Made by a program: the position numbers and the translations under genes. Positions 43,734 through 55,043 of a stretch of DNA of 64,000 bases are shown here, in pieces (position 1 is the stretch's first letter; each line of letters starts with the position of its first letter). The notes under the pieces are model-generated. The model had not been told where the DNA came from. It did not search any database and worked only from the letters and a program-made list of their open reading frames with translations. Where the stretch lies: positions 62,001-126,000 of the IMG/VR virus record IMGVR_UViG_3300028666_000022. One strand, given 5' to 3'.

Positions 43734-46172
43734 TTAAAATCCTCTATTTTTCTTTACATTATTAGTGTTAGTGAAAGTATCTGGTTGATAACCCAAAAGA
43801 TGTTTCATTTTATTAAATTCCTCATTAACCACAGGTTTAGTTTTATTATCTGATTCATTTAAGTTTTGAACTTGATTTTTCATTACAAAAACATCCTTGC
43901 CATTAGTATAGAACTTATTTTCATTCATGGCTTTATTTGCACCTTCATTTACTTTTACTTTACTAGTGTAAGTATTTCCAAGGCCTGAAAAATCTAAAGC
44001 AAATAAATTACTATTAACAGCCTTAATTTCTTTAGCTTCATTTAAATTGAAATCAATAAAACATTTCTTATTTAAATCATTGAAATATTTACCAGTAATA
44101 GTAGATTCTTTAATACCTTCTCTTTCATTCCAACCACTCTTTTCTTTATCAAATTGATTCTTTTCAAGACCTTTCTCAGTAGGTTGGCTATCCTTGTTAT
44201 ATAATGGCATTCCAGATCTTGCCTTTAATTTATCTGATCTTTTTTTATACAGCTCTTTACCCATATCCTGCTCCATTCGTTTTTCGAATTTCTCACTAGG
44301 TTTATTATCATAAACATAATCTCCTAATCCCAAACGATAATTATTTACTTCATCTTGTTCACTGGTAGTCATATTACGCTTTGGAATTTTATCACCATCA
44401 TAATTATCATTATCGCCAACGTTCTTTAATGCAGTACCCTTAGTTTTCTTAAGAACATTTTTTTCAATGTCTGCATTTAATTTCTGTGGATCTTCAATTT
44501 CTGTTTGCTGATCTTTATATTCTAAAGAATTTTCAATATCAACAAGATCTTCTATTGAACTATCTTTTAAATCCTTTTTAAAATTCTTTTCGTTTTCAGA
44601 ACCAACCCTATCTCTAAGGATCAATGCTGATGGTTTTCTATCTTCGCTCATTCTTTTTAGTTTATCATGATAAATTTGGAAAGCTTGTAATTCATTATTA
44701 ATTTCTTCTATTAATTTTTCACTTTCATTCATTGAACCAGTTGATCTTGCACCCATATCCATATTAGAGCTTTGATCACCAGTAGGAGTGGCTTTATTTG
44801 ACATTGAAGTACCATTAGATTGTATCATAGTCTGTGAATCTTCATCTACTTTTTCAGGTAGATCTTTATGTTTAGTTCCAGCAAAATCTTCAACATCCTT
44901 TTCTTTCATTGTATCAGCAGCTTTTTTTACTTTATCACCAACTTTGTTTGGTTCTAATTTACCTTTTTGAACAGCATCAACCATTCCCATAAACTTTTGT
45001 TGTTTCTGTGAAACTGCCTTTTCTTCTATATTCTTCTTTTCCATGAGTCCTAAATTTGGATTATCTAATTTTTGTGTTTTAATGTCTTTTTTTATAATAT
45101 TTAAATTATTAGCATTCATGTGATCTAAACTACCATATTCTTCACTGTTTTTTTCAATGAATCCAATGGTCTTATCTTCATCTTCAGTATCTTCTTTAAT
45201 TTTACCTGAAATACCATCATTTTTTAAATTCTTATTCTCTGGATGTGGAAAATATGAATGCTTTTGTGTCATATCATTATGAAGAATGTCTAAGTCCTCA
45301 TCTTCCATATTTGCAGCATCTTGTCCTATATATAAAGTAGTATTCTTTTCTATATTATCTATTTTTTTAGCACGATTTTGACCTTGAGGCAATTCGCTAA
45401 CACCTAAACCATTATTGGTTCCAGTATGTGTTTTATTATATTCATCATTTTTCTCATCATAAAAAGATAAATCTGCTTCGTTTAATTCATTAATATATTT
45501 CTCAAATCCAGCAGGATTAATTAGATAATTTTCTTTTGATTCAGCAATTACTGTTCCACCTTTCCATTGTGGTTTTCTTGCTGCAGGCTTACCGTTCTTA
45601 CTCCAAATAGCAGGACCAGAATATGCACCAGATGAAGCAGCACCTGTTGTTTCTTCTATCTTCTTTTCATATCCCATTGGTGCTGAAAACGCACCTGAAC
45701 CTCCTGCTGCACCAGTGGTTTCTTCGACAGGATTTTCTTCTGTTTTTGCTTTATCTTTATTCATTTTCTCATTACCGATTTTCTTCATTTGGGCTATACC
45801 ACTAGCATCACGGCGAGTCTTTTCTTTAGGAACTGCTTGTTTATATTTTTGTAGATATTTTGGGCTATTCAGGATCATCTCGTTAAAAATTATGTTTAGA
45901 ACAGTCTCATTGTAATGATAACCATATTTTTCAGGACCATTTTCAACCATTTTATCGTATTCTGCAGATAATTTTGGATCTGAAAATACTAATGCTTCCA
46001 TCTTAGGCAAAGAAAATATTTTACGTTTTAATTTATATTCATCTTCTGCTAACATATCATCAAATTCATTTAATTTCACATCACTTTGTTTCATAGTATC
46101 ATTAAATGTTTTTTCAAACTTTTTTGATTGTAAACTTACTGGTTTATTTATCGTTGGTTTAATATTTGCCAT
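43734..46172 (-). CDS. Large charged protein, probable virion-internal protein, with a DUF3008-like motif
   Basis: EKAVSQKQQKFMG...VEDFAGTKHKDLPEKV; tandem ETTGAA..SGA.S.P; many LNE/INE/VNE motifs; AGTATTTATA upstream. Confidence 0.5.
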   Translation of the reverse strand: MANIKPTINKPVSLQSKKFEKTFNDTMKQSDVKLNEFDDMLAEDEYKLKRKIFSLPKMEALVFSDPKLSAEYDKMVENGPEKYGYHYNETVLNIIFNEMILNSPKYLQKYKQAVPKEKTRRDASGIAQMKKIGNEKMNKDKAKTEENPVEETTGAAGGSGAFSAPMGYEKKIEETTGAASSGAYSGPAIWSKNGKPAARKPQWKGGTVIAESKENYLINPAGFEKYINELNEADLSFYDEKNDEYNKTHTGTNNGLGVSELPQGQNRAKKIDNIEKNTTLYIGQDAANMEDEDLDILHNDMTQKHSYFPHPENKNLKNDGISGKIKEDTEDEDKTIGFIEKNSEEYGSLDHMNANNLNIIKKDIKTQKLDNPNLGLMEKKNIEEKAVSQKQQKFMGMVDAVQKGKLEPNKVGDKVKKAADTMKEKDVEDFAGTKHKDLPEKVDEDSQTMIQSNGTSMSNKATPTGDQSSNMDMGARSTGSMNESEKLIEEINNELQAFQIYHDKLKRMSEDRKPSALILRDRVGSENEKNFKKDLKDSSIEDLVDIENSLEYKDQQTEIEDPQKLNADIEKNVLKKTKGTALKNVGDNDNYDGDKIPKRNMTTSEQDEVNNYRLGLGDYVYDNKPSEKFEKRMEQDMGKELYKKRSDKLKARSGMPLYNKDSQPTEKGLEKNQFDKEKSGWNEREGIKESTITGKYFNDLNKKCFIDFNLNEAKEIKAVNSNLFALDFSGLGNTYTSKVKVNEGANKAMNENKFYTNGKDVFVMKNQVQNLNESDNKTKPVVNEEFNKMKHLLGYQPDTFTNTNNVKKNRGF

Positions 46173-46206
46173 TTTAATATAATTTATTATAAATACTTTA
46201 ATAAAT

Positions 46207-47124
46207 TCAATTATTTATATTACCACTTTTAATATGTCTATTAGTATATGAACAAAGTGGTTGAAGATTAGTATAATGATTTAATTTAATTATATCTTCT
46301 TCTGTTTTTGCTGTTGATAATGGTATGATATGATCAAGATCCCATGCAGTATTTATTTCTGTTGGATAACCATTCCAATTACCATAATTTGACCAATTCA
46401 TCCAAGGTTGAAATAATTTCTCAATATGATTTTTAAATTCTTCAAAACTACAATCTAAAATTGTTTCAGTTTTTGATGTTTTTGCATAACCCATTCTTTT
46501 TATTGATGTTGATATTAAAGATCTAATGGTAATTGTTAATTTATATTGTATGTCTTCTGATTTTCTTTTCTTTTTATATTCTTTATTATATAATTTTTTC
46601 TTTTCTTTATTTTTTAAATTATATTTTTTTGTGGTATTAATATATTTATTTCTATTCTCTTTAGTTTTTTTACTAATTTTCTCTTTATTATTAAAATAAT
46701 ATTCAGATCGTTGGTTTTTTATTTTTTCTTTGTTTTCTTCATGATATTCTTTCTGATATTCATCAATTTTCTCTTTATTTTTTTCGACATATTTTTTATT
46801 TTTTAAAATAATTTTTTCTTTATTGGTTTCATAATACTCTTTATTTTTTTCAACAATTTCGTCATGATGATCATTATAGCGTTTATTACTACGTTTTTTT
46901 ATTGTTTCTTTGTTTCCAACATAATACTTAGCTAATTTCTTTTTTAATTTTTCTTTGTTTTTTTGAGCATACTCTTTTTTATATTCTGATATTTTTTCTT
47001 TATTCTTCTCACAATATTCTTTATTATATTCTTTTCCTAGTTGTTTCAATTTTTCCTTATTCTTTTCACGATATTTTTTATTATATTCTTTATCGTATTG
47101 TGCTTTTTCTTCTTTTGATTTCAT
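46207..47124 (-). CDS. HNH-type homing endonuclease with Lys-rich repeats
   Basis: Repeated Y.EKNKEKI; WDLDHIIPL...NHYTNLQPL..N..K. Confidence 0.8.
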   Translation of the reverse strand: MKSKEEKAQYDKEYNKKYREKNKEKLKQLGKEYNKEYCEKNKEKISEYKKEYAQKNKEKLKKKLAKYYVGNKETIKKRSNKRYNDHHDEIVEKNKEYYETNKEKIILKNKKYVEKNKEKIDEYQKEYHEENKEKIKNQRSEYYFNNKEKISKKTKENRNKYINTTKKYNLKNKEKKKLYNKEYKKKRKSEDIQYKLTITIRSLISTSIKRMGYAKTSKTETILDCSFEEFKNHIEKLFQPWMNWSNYGNWNGYPTEINTAWDLDHIIPLSTAKTEEDIIKLNHYTNLQPLCSYTNRHIKSGNINN

Positions 47125-47453
47125 TTCATAATATTTTCAATAAAATTATTTTATTTGATCACTCCAAAAACCCTTCCTTGACCAAAGTGTTTTAAATACT
47201 GCTTCCATACTATTTTTAATTGTTGAAATAAGTTCATCTCTTGAAGCACTATTTCCTTTATGTAATATTTTACCAATTTCCTTATCTAAAGAATCGTTAA
47301 CAAACTTCTTAATCTCACTATTAACAATTCCTTTAACATCAACTTCTGTCATAATTTATTTCTATATAAATACTAATATCATTATTTTTTAAACAAAAAT
47401 GAACAGACAACTATTACATTATCTGTTCAAAAAACATAAATATATTAACTTTT

Positions 47454-48239
47454 TTATTTATGTAAAAACCACATAGCACCAGCACCTGCTGCACCAGCAA
47501 TACCAATAGTAACTATAAATTTACCATTGCCCGAAATCCAACCAGTAAATTTACCCCAAGCACTAGGATCAACAACTTCTTTTTTTAATTCAGGAATTGC
47601 GTAGCTATTAATATCATAGGTCTTAAAATATTCATTAGAATTACTAACACTAAAAGAGATTGGATAACCAAGTTTTTTAACACCCCAATGAAATTCAATA
47701 AATTGTTTATTAGGTAAAATAAATTTATTGAAATGCAACGTAGGTAATGTATTCATACTAAAAGGTTTGGCGTTACCAATTTCAATATTATATTGAATAT
47801 TCTTAGTTGAATCACTAAAGGTAATACTACTATCTCTGGTGTCAACACTAACCTTTCCTTTTCTTAATGAATCAATAATAACATTAGTTTGAATTAAGGC
47901 TGCAGCAATAGTATAATTACTTTTTTCAATTCCTTTAACTCTATCCATCAATTCTTTTTGGGTTGCATCGAGTTTATTATTGAAATCAGTAACATTTTTA
48001 ATAGTGCCTTGAAGTGTGAGTCTTTCCGCAACTAATTCATTATTTTTGTTCACATAAAAATGTGTGCTATCAACCAAAGCATTTTTTAATTTAACTTCAG
48101 ATTGATATTTATCTTTGAGTGTTGCAATTTTTTTATTTTGAAAATAAACAATTGCAAAAAGAATTAATATTAAAACTACCACGATGGTAATTAATAAATT
48201 ATTCTTTTGTTTTAGAAAACTCCAAATTGTTGTTAACAT
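47454..48239 (-). CDS. Membrane coiled-coil protein, spanin-like candidate
   Basis: N-terminal TM, coiled coil, C-terminal TM. Confidence 0.45.
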   Translation of the reverse strand: MLTTIWSFLKQKNNLLITIVVVLILILFAIVYFQNKKIATLKDKYQSEVKLKNALVDSTHFYVNKNNELVAERLTLQGTIKNVTDFNNKLDATQKELMDRVKGIEKSNYTIAAALIQTNVIIDSLRKGKVSVDTRDSSITFSDSTKNIQYNIEIGNAKPFSMNTLPTLHFNKFILPNKQFIEFHWGVKKLGYPISFSVSNSNEYFKTYDINSYAIPELKKEVVDPSAWGKFTGWISGNGKFIVTIGIAGAAGAGAMWFLHK

Positions 48240-48903
48240 TTAATTTGTTTTATTTAAATTACATTTATTTTTATATTCTTTTGCTGCTTCAATTAATTTA
48301 GCATTAGGTTCTTTAGGATTTAAAAGAGCATCAAAAAAGACATCCTTATCTTTCTGAGATTTTAAAATTTCCGTGTATTTCATATCATTATTTTTGTAAA
48401 ACATTATCCCGCCAATATTTATAAAAAGAATCATAATATGATTCAACCTTCTTGACAATCATATCGTTGTCTGGATTATCAGCACTGAAATCTGGTAAAT
48501 AATTAAATTCAACTCCACTTGTTTTTTCATCTGGAGTTACTTTATAAACAAATTGAATAACACCATCAATAGTACCACCCCAAAAAATAAGATCATCAGT
48601 AACTTTTAAGTCAATAAAATCAATATCGACATTCATATCATCAAAGAAATTACGAAACTTTTCTTCTTCTCTATCTTGATCTAAATTAGTTTTTTTGTTT
48701 ACGTTTGGAGTTTCATCATTATCTTCTATATCTTCATTTAACTTACGTGTTATTTTAAGCATATCACGCATGGTTAAATCTTTTTTTGTTTGTTCATTAG
48801 ATTCATCCATTACATAATCATTCTTACGCATTCTATGAATGAGCGTTCTCATTTGGTTTGGCGTTGATTTATTGTTCATTTTATATTTTATAATAAATAC
48901 TTT

Positions 48904-49521
48904 TTATTTATTATGTAACATTTTACTAAAATTATCAATATCAAACAAAGGATTAATATCTGAACTATCCTCAATATAGTTGCTTTTGAAAACAATACCT
49001 TTAAATTTAAGTGTATCTTTATGAAAATAATGAAATTGCATTATTTCTTTTGAAACGTTAAATTCTTCACATAATTTTTTACATAACCATGCAGCACTCT
49101 CAAATTGTTTAATAGGTATTTTTTCCCAATAATCATAACCTAACCATTTTTTTTCAACTACGTTTTTTTTATCGCAAGCTTCATTTAACCAATTAATATA
49201 TTTATCATCAGGATCTTTATATAAAGATCCCATATTTTCTAATATTATTGATATTATTTTTTTATCTGCTTCTTTAATGCCAATATAATCACTATGATAT
49301 TTAGGATCATAATGTTCGTATATTTTGCCTGTTCTTGAAATGGTATAGGTGTTCCATTTTTTTGTTTTACCATAGTCTTTATGTTGTAATCTCAAAATGT
49401 GATTACTTTCTTTTCTTAAACTAGTACCTAAAACAATCTGTGTCTTAGCAATTACTGTTTTATGTCTATTCTCTTCTGAAACAGAATATGTTATACTATC
49501 AATTTTTTTCATATTATTCAT
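48904..49521 (-). CDS. N-acetylmuramoyl-L-alanine amidase-like protein (metal ligands look degenerate)
   Basis: QIVL, YTISRTGKIY, ISIILENMG, DINP. Confidence 0.55.
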   Translation of the reverse strand: MNNMKKIDSITYSVSEENRHKTVIAKTQIVLGTSLRKESNHILRLQHKDYGKTKKWNTYTISRTGKIYEHYDPKYHSDYIGIKEADKKIISIILENMGSLYKDPDDKYINWLNEACDKKNVVEKKWLGYDYWEKIPIKQFESAAWLCKKLCEEFNVSKEIMQFHYFHKDTLKFKGIVFKSNYIEDSSDINPLFDIDNFSKMLHNK

Positions 49522-49963
49522 TTATAAATTCAACCTCAACACCACCTTCATTAAATATTATTTCTGCTATCTTCCAACTATTTCCCCATCTTTCGTGATT
49601 AAAGTCTGGTTTATTTTCACAAACAACTTTACTAATTCCTGCATTAACTATCAAACCAGCACAATTACAACAAGGAAAATATGTTACATACATAACACAA
49701 TCTTTAGTTCTCTGTCCATTTTTAGCAGCATTTATTATCGCATTAGCTTCTGAATGCACAGTAAATGAATATTTTAGCGGTCTTTCTTGTCGTTCGGGTA
49801 TTGTTTCATTTACTTTTGATGGAAATCCGTTAAATCCCATAGATATTGGATTTTTATCAATTGGGTTTACAATTAATGAGCCAACCCTAGTAGATAAATC
49901 TTTCGACCAAGAACTTACATTTTTAGATAATTCTACGAATCTTAAATCCCATTTGTCAATCAT
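49514..49963 (-). CDS. dCMP deaminase
   Basis: SKDLSTRVG, GFNG, HSEANA, PCCNC. Confidence 0.92.
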   Translation of the reverse strand: MIDKWDLRFVELSKNVSSWSKDLSTRVGSLIVNPIDKNPISMGFNGFPSKVNETIPERQERPLKYSFTVHSEANAIINAAKNGQRTKDCVMYVTYFPCCNCAGLIVNAGISKVVCENKPDFNHERWGNSWKIAEIIFNEGGVEVEFINE

Positions 49964-50135
49964 AATATCTTAATTTAGTTTCCAATAACGATTCTTTTTT
50001 ATTTTCTTTGATTTCTCAATAAGATCTTCAATCTCATCAACATCTTCTGTAATATCTAAATCACCAAGTTTATCAACAATTGTTAATGCTTCTTTTAATA
50101 ATTTTCCCTTTTCTATTGATTCAAAATCTTTCATA

Positions 50136-51290
50136 TTATTTTAAATTTTCTAATATTCTTAAACTATTATCAAGATTTTTAATTGTTTCTAAAGCTTCTT
50201 GGAATGTCATTGCAATTAATCTTCTTTTTCCTTGTGTAGTAAATACCATAAGCCTATCCATTTCATGTAAAAACTCATCAACCACTTTACTAGGTAATCC
50301 GCTTTTTTCGGTTACTAATTCTTTCAATTCCAAACCACTTATTACTTTATCACCCGGAGATGCTTTACCATCATTATAAATAAATGTTAATAATGCAACA
50401 TATCTATCTCTTTTTTGATAAATTTTTTCATACTTATTCCTATGTAGTTGATATAGAGTGTGTTCGAAGTTTTCTCTAAAAAATACACCCAAAAGAATAA
50501 TAAGTTCACAGACTATAGCAATAATAATGAATAAAATTATGTTACTATTATCTTCATCTTTATTATTTGCTTTAGCAGTATCAAATTTATTTTTTAATTC
50601 TTCAACTCTTTGTTTTAGCTGATCATCTATTTTAGTAACCTCATTTTGATTACCCTCAATAGATTTAATATTTTTATCGATATTAGATTGATAATCATTT
50701 CTAATAACTCTATATTCAATAGGTGTTTGTAATAATTTATCTCTTAGATTATTATTTATTGTTCTTAAAGTATTATTATCTTTCTCATAAACTTCTTTCT
50801 TTTTTTCAAAAAGAATTGAAAGACTATCTTTTTTTGTTGTCATTTCAGTTTCAGCCTGATTATTTTTAAATAAACCAATGGATGCTAAATCTTTTGAACC
50901 CATTAAAGATAAATAAAAACTTAATAAAACAATTCCAATCGAAACTATGAACCAACCAAATACTGCAGGATTAATTTTTTTATTATTAGCAACATAATCA
51001 GAAGAAAAATTTTTAATTAAATATCTTTTAATTATCTCAAATCCAATTAAAAATACATTAGTAAATAAGAATGCTAAAACAGTTCCCCACATTCCATTAA
51101 CCAGATTTATTGAGATTGCTTTCAATAATGATGGATAAACTAGAAAATAGGCGAAAAATATTGAACCAACATTTCCAACAAACGAAAATCTATATAACCA
51201 ACTATCAAGTCCTTTATTATTACCTTCAAAATCTTTTACACTGATTTTTTTTCTTAGTTTATCGTATTCCTTCAAGTCCATTTTATTCAA
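50136..51290 (-). CDS. Multi-pass membrane protein with coiled coil
   Basis: Three N-terminal TM helices, coiled coil, one further TM. Confidence 0.6.
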   Translation of the reverse strand: MNKMDLKEYDKLRKKISVKDFEGNNKGLDSWLYRFSFVGNVGSIFFAYFLVYPSLLKAISINLVNGMWGTVLAFLFTNVFLIGFEIIKRYLIKNFSSDYVANNKKINPAVFGWFIVSIGIVLLSFYLSLMGSKDLASIGLFKNNQAETEMTTKKDSLSILFEKKKEVYEKDNNTLRTINNNLRDKLLQTPIEYRVIRNDYQSNIDKNIKSIEGNQNEVTKIDDQLKQRVEELKNKFDTAKANNKDEDNSNIILFIIIAIVCELIILLGVFFRENFEHTLYQLHRNKYEKIYQKRDRYVALLTFIYNDGKASPGDKVISGLELKELVTEKSGLPSKVVDEFLHEMDRLMVFTTQGKRRLIAMTFQEALETIKNLDNSLRILENLK

Positions 51291-51707
51291 TTTTTGTTAT
51301 TAATAAATAGTAAAATATAGTATTTGATATAAAATTTTATTGTTTTGGTTTCAATGTAATTATCTCATTTTTTAAAGAATTAATTTTATTTTCATATTTT
51401 TTAAATTTAATATATTCTTTCTTATATTTTTCAATTCGCTTCCTATTTTCTAAAGTATTTTCTGCTAATGACCAAGCATAATTAGTTGTTAATTTTTCAC
51501 CAGTTTCTTTATTAATGAATTCATAACTACCATTAGGTAATTGAATAACATTTGTCATTATTGTTCCAAATCTTATTGATTTATCACCAAGTTGATTTGG
51601 AGTCCAAACCATATTAAACATATAAATATATTCTATGTTAGAATTTGGTTTACCATTATCTTTATCAATTAAAAAATCAAAATATCCCATGTTTTTAAAT
51701 TTAATTT

Positions 51708-54700
51708 TTATTCTAAAGTTAATGTTGATAAATCGTTTTCATCTAATTGAACATTTATTGTATAATCAGGATTGATATTTACTCTATGTTCAACAACTAA
51801 TATTTTTTTAACATAATTTTTTATTATGTGAATTAAATCACGGAATTCTTCTACACTGTCTTCATCCAGTTTCCCCATTACTTCATCCAATAAAAACATC
51901 ATGGGTTTTGCTTTTACGTTTATTTGATTCAGTGCAAATTTTAAAACAATACTTGAAAATGTTCTTTCTTTTCCACAAGCACTAATACAATCAATTATTG
52001 CATCGGGTCTTTTATAATGCATTAACTTAGGTCTTAAATCATCTGGATCTAACCAAACTTTAAATTTACTATCAGATAATATTGTTTCAAGTGTTGAATT
52101 TATTTTAGGTATAATATAATTACTTAACATTTGAGTAGGAATACCATCTCTATGAACACAAGTTTTATATAAATTTATTACAGAATCTCTATATTCTTGT
52201 TCTTTAAATGTAGTGATTAATTCATTACTAGTTTTTATTTTATTTTGTTTTTCAGAAATTAATGATTTTTTTGTGAACATATCTTCTTTATATCCTTGCT
52301 CTTCTGTTTCTAATGTAGTTAATTTTAACTTAGCTGCAGCTATACCAGTTTCAATTTTTTTATTTTCTTCGATTTGAAGTAAACTATTGTTATAATTATC
52401 TATTTTTTGTTGTAAAATACTAATTTTCAGTTCTTCATTCTGAATCAGAATTGGTGTTTGATTTAATTCGGTTTGAAATTCTTTACGTTTTTCAACATCA
52501 TTTTTATCATTAGTTAATTCACCAATTTGTTTTAAAATTACTTCCATTTTAAGACCAGCAGTCTTAATATTATCTTCAATTTTTTTTATTTCTTTATTTT
52601 GTATATTAATCTTGTCTTGATGATCTTTTTTATCTCTAGTTTCTTTAATTTTAATCTGATCTGCAATTTCAAACATTAATTTTTCTTTCTCTTTTATTAA
52701 ATCATCAACATGACTTTGATGTTCAGGTAGAAGTGGTTGTTTACAAGTAGGACAAGTTTTACTTTCTTTTAGTTCAATAATTTCTGTTCTATATTTACCA
52801 CCATCTTTTTTTAAATTAAAAATTTCGCCATTAATGATTTCAATTCTATGTTCTTCATCTCTAATGATTTGTTCTGCATTTTTAATTAAAATCTTTTGAT
52901 TATATTCATTGGTTTTATGTTCATCTTTTTTTCCAATTAAATCAAGTAATTTTGTTTCATCATAACTTTCTTTAAGTAATTTAATGTTATCGTTTAAAAC
53001 TGTCTCACGTGCCTTAAATTCATCTATGTTTTTATTATGAGTGCTTATGTTCCCATTAGTATTAACTATGTTCAAATTACTTATTTCAGTATCTATTTTA
53101 AATAATTTCTTTGTTAGATCTTCAACATATTTTTTCCCAATTGTTACTTTATTTTGTACTTCAGGAATTGTTACAGTATCAAATACTTTAATATCATTTT
53201 CGAGAGTAGTTATGTTTTGTGTTAACTCATCAATCTGTTGAGTGGTTTTAACAACATCAACAGTAATTCTATTCTTTTCATTAACCTTTTTTTGATATAC
53301 TTTTAATGTTTCTAATTTTTTATCAAAAATATCTAAACCACTATCTCTCAATAATTCGTCAAGAAAGTTGGACATTTGATTGGTTGAAAGTATCTTATTG
53401 AGACTGTCTGATGTTGTCATAACTATCCTCATGAAATTATCATAATCGCCAATAATTCTTTCAATTTTCTTTTGTGTTTTTACTTTTCTGTCTTCATCTA
53501 ATTTTTCTAATGAAGTATTTTCATTCATTTCTTCATCAGGATTAGAAAGTAGATAATAATTTACAGTGGTTGGTGCTCCATTAATAGTACCATCTTTTGC
53601 TTTATTTATTTCTGTTCTTCTCTTAATACCATAATATTCTCCATTAGCATCTAAAACTAAATAAGAGTCACATGAGGTTGCACCATTTCTATTATTCACA
53701 TAACGTAAATCACCATATTTAATTCTGCTTTCAGTTTCTGGAGTTTTATTAAAAAGAGAATATAATATATTTTTATATATTGTTGTTTTACCATTTTCGT
53801 TTTTTCCAACTATCTGATATATACCATCCTGATCTCTCCAATTAATATCAAATTTACCATAAGACATGAAATTGTTACAGCCAAATTTAATAATATTCCA
53901 TTCTATATTTGAAACATCGTCAATAATAATTTTTGAATTAATTTCATCAATATCTAATTTAATTATGTCTTCAATTAATTGTTTCTCTGTACCGATTTTT
54001 TCTAAATATTCTCTAAATATTTTATGTTGAACTGCAGAATTAGTAATGTTTTCTAATGTAATTTTATCTTTTACTTCAATCTTTTCATTTTCAATGAATT
54101 CATTTTTATTTGAAATTGTAATATTTTCATATTTTTTATTGAAATATTGTGTTAATTTATTCTCATTTTCTTTATTACGTGTTTGTGGTAAAGTACCCCA
54201 AATAAAACGTATTTTCATATACTTGGTTGGATTAGATATTTCATAATCCAAATCATCAAAATCAGTATAGGGTGTTATTTTAATATTTTTAAAAGAATAT
54301 TCATTATAAACTGGAATTTCTTTTACTGTTTTATCGACAACATCCCATAACAAATAACCATGAAATGCATCATCTCCTTCAGAAAAATCTTGTGAAATAA
54401 GAGATCCTGAATAAGCTTTTGTTTTATTTTTATCTAAATATTGTTGCAAATGGATGTCACCCGCTAACAAATAATCAGATTTGAAGTCACTTATTTTATA
54501 ATAAGATTTACTGTTCATTTCAAAACCAGTCGTAGATTTACAACCACCAATAGGATCATGAAACAAATCAATATATATTTTATTACTCGTTTGTTTATCT
54601 ATTTCAATTTGCTTACCAGTTTTAGATTTCCAAGGATTATTATTTTTTTCTCCATGATGCCAAACTGCCCATGTTATATTTTCATCGTCATAAAATCCTG

Positions 54701-55043
54701 TTTTATCATAATAAATTATATTAGGATTATTAATCAATGTAACAATTGCTTTTATTGAATCAATCCTCTTTGAATTGTTTGCTAAATAATCATGATTACC
54801 TCTAGTAATTCTAACCGGAGCAATTAATGCTAATGTATTTAATAATTCTGAAGCCAATATTAATTGTTCTCCTTGTAGATTAACATATTCATGAACCAAA
54901 TCACCAACAATCACAATTCGATCTGGTTTTTGTTCGTTAAGAGATTTAATTAAATTTATGAATACAGATTCATACTCTTCATTACGTGTTGGTGATTTAC
55001 GTAAATGTATGTCTGAAAGATGTGCGATTTTAGTTATAGTCAT
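51708..55043 (-). CDS. Fused Mre11/SbcD nuclease and Rad50/SbcC ATPase
   Basis: DIH, GD, GNHD, GDIH phosphoesterase motifs; Walker A GKNENGKT; CPTC hook; Walker B FLLDE; H-loop VEH. Confidence 0.92.
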   Translation of the reverse strand: MTITKIAHLSDIHLRKSPTRNEEYESVFINLIKSLNEQKPDRIVIVGDLVHEYVNLQGEQLILASELLNTLALIAPVRITRGNHDYLANNSKRIDSIKAIVTLINNPNIIYYDKTGFYDDENITWAVWHHGEKNNNPWKSKTGKQIEIDKQTSNKIYIDLFHDPIGGCKSTTGFEMNSKSYYKISDFKSDYLLAGDIHLQQYLDKNKTKAYSGSLISQDFSEGDDAFHGYLLWDVVDKTVKEIPVYNEYSFKNIKITPYTDFDDLDYEISNPTKYMKIRFIWGTLPQTRNKENENKLTQYFNKKYENITISNKNEFIENEKIEVKDKITLENITNSAVQHKIFREYLEKIGTEKQLIEDIIKLDIDEINSKIIIDDVSNIEWNIIKFGCNNFMSYGKFDINWRDQDGIYQIVGKNENGKTTIYKNILYSLFNKTPETESRIKYGDLRYVNNRNGATSCDSYLVLDANGEYYGIKRRTEINKAKDGTINGAPTTVNYYLLSNPDEEMNENTSLEKLDEDRKVKTQKKIERIIGDYDNFMRIVMTTSDSLNKILSTNQMSNFLDELLRDSGLDIFDKKLETLKVYQKKVNEKNRITVDVVKTTQQIDELTQNITTLENDIKVFDTVTIPEVQNKVTIGKKYVEDLTKKLFKIDTEISNLNIVNTNGNISTHNKNIDEFKARETVLNDNIKLLKESYDETKLLDLIGKKDEHKTNEYNQKILIKNAEQIIRDEEHRIEIINGEIFNLKKDGGKYRTEIIELKESKTCPTCKQPLLPEHQSHVDDLIKEKEKLMFEIADQIKIKETRDKKDHQDKINIQNKEIKKIEDNIKTAGLKMEVILKQIGELTNDKNDVEKRKEFQTELNQTPILIQNEELKISILQQKIDNYNNSLLQIEENKKIETGIAAAKLKLTTLETEEQGYKEDMFTKKSLISEKQNKIKTSNELITTFKEQEYRDSVINLYKTCVHRDGIPTQMLSNYIIPKINSTLETILSDSKFKVWLDPDDLRPKLMHYKRPDAIIDCISACGKERTFSSIVLKFALNQINVKAKPMMFLLDEVMGKLDEDSVEEFRDLIHIIKNYVKKILVVEHRVNINPDYTINVQLDENDLSTLTLE

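Noticed and set aside
46560-47120. Low-complexity T-rich periodic DNA
   Set aside because: Encodes the Lys/Glu/Tyr repeats of the HNH protein
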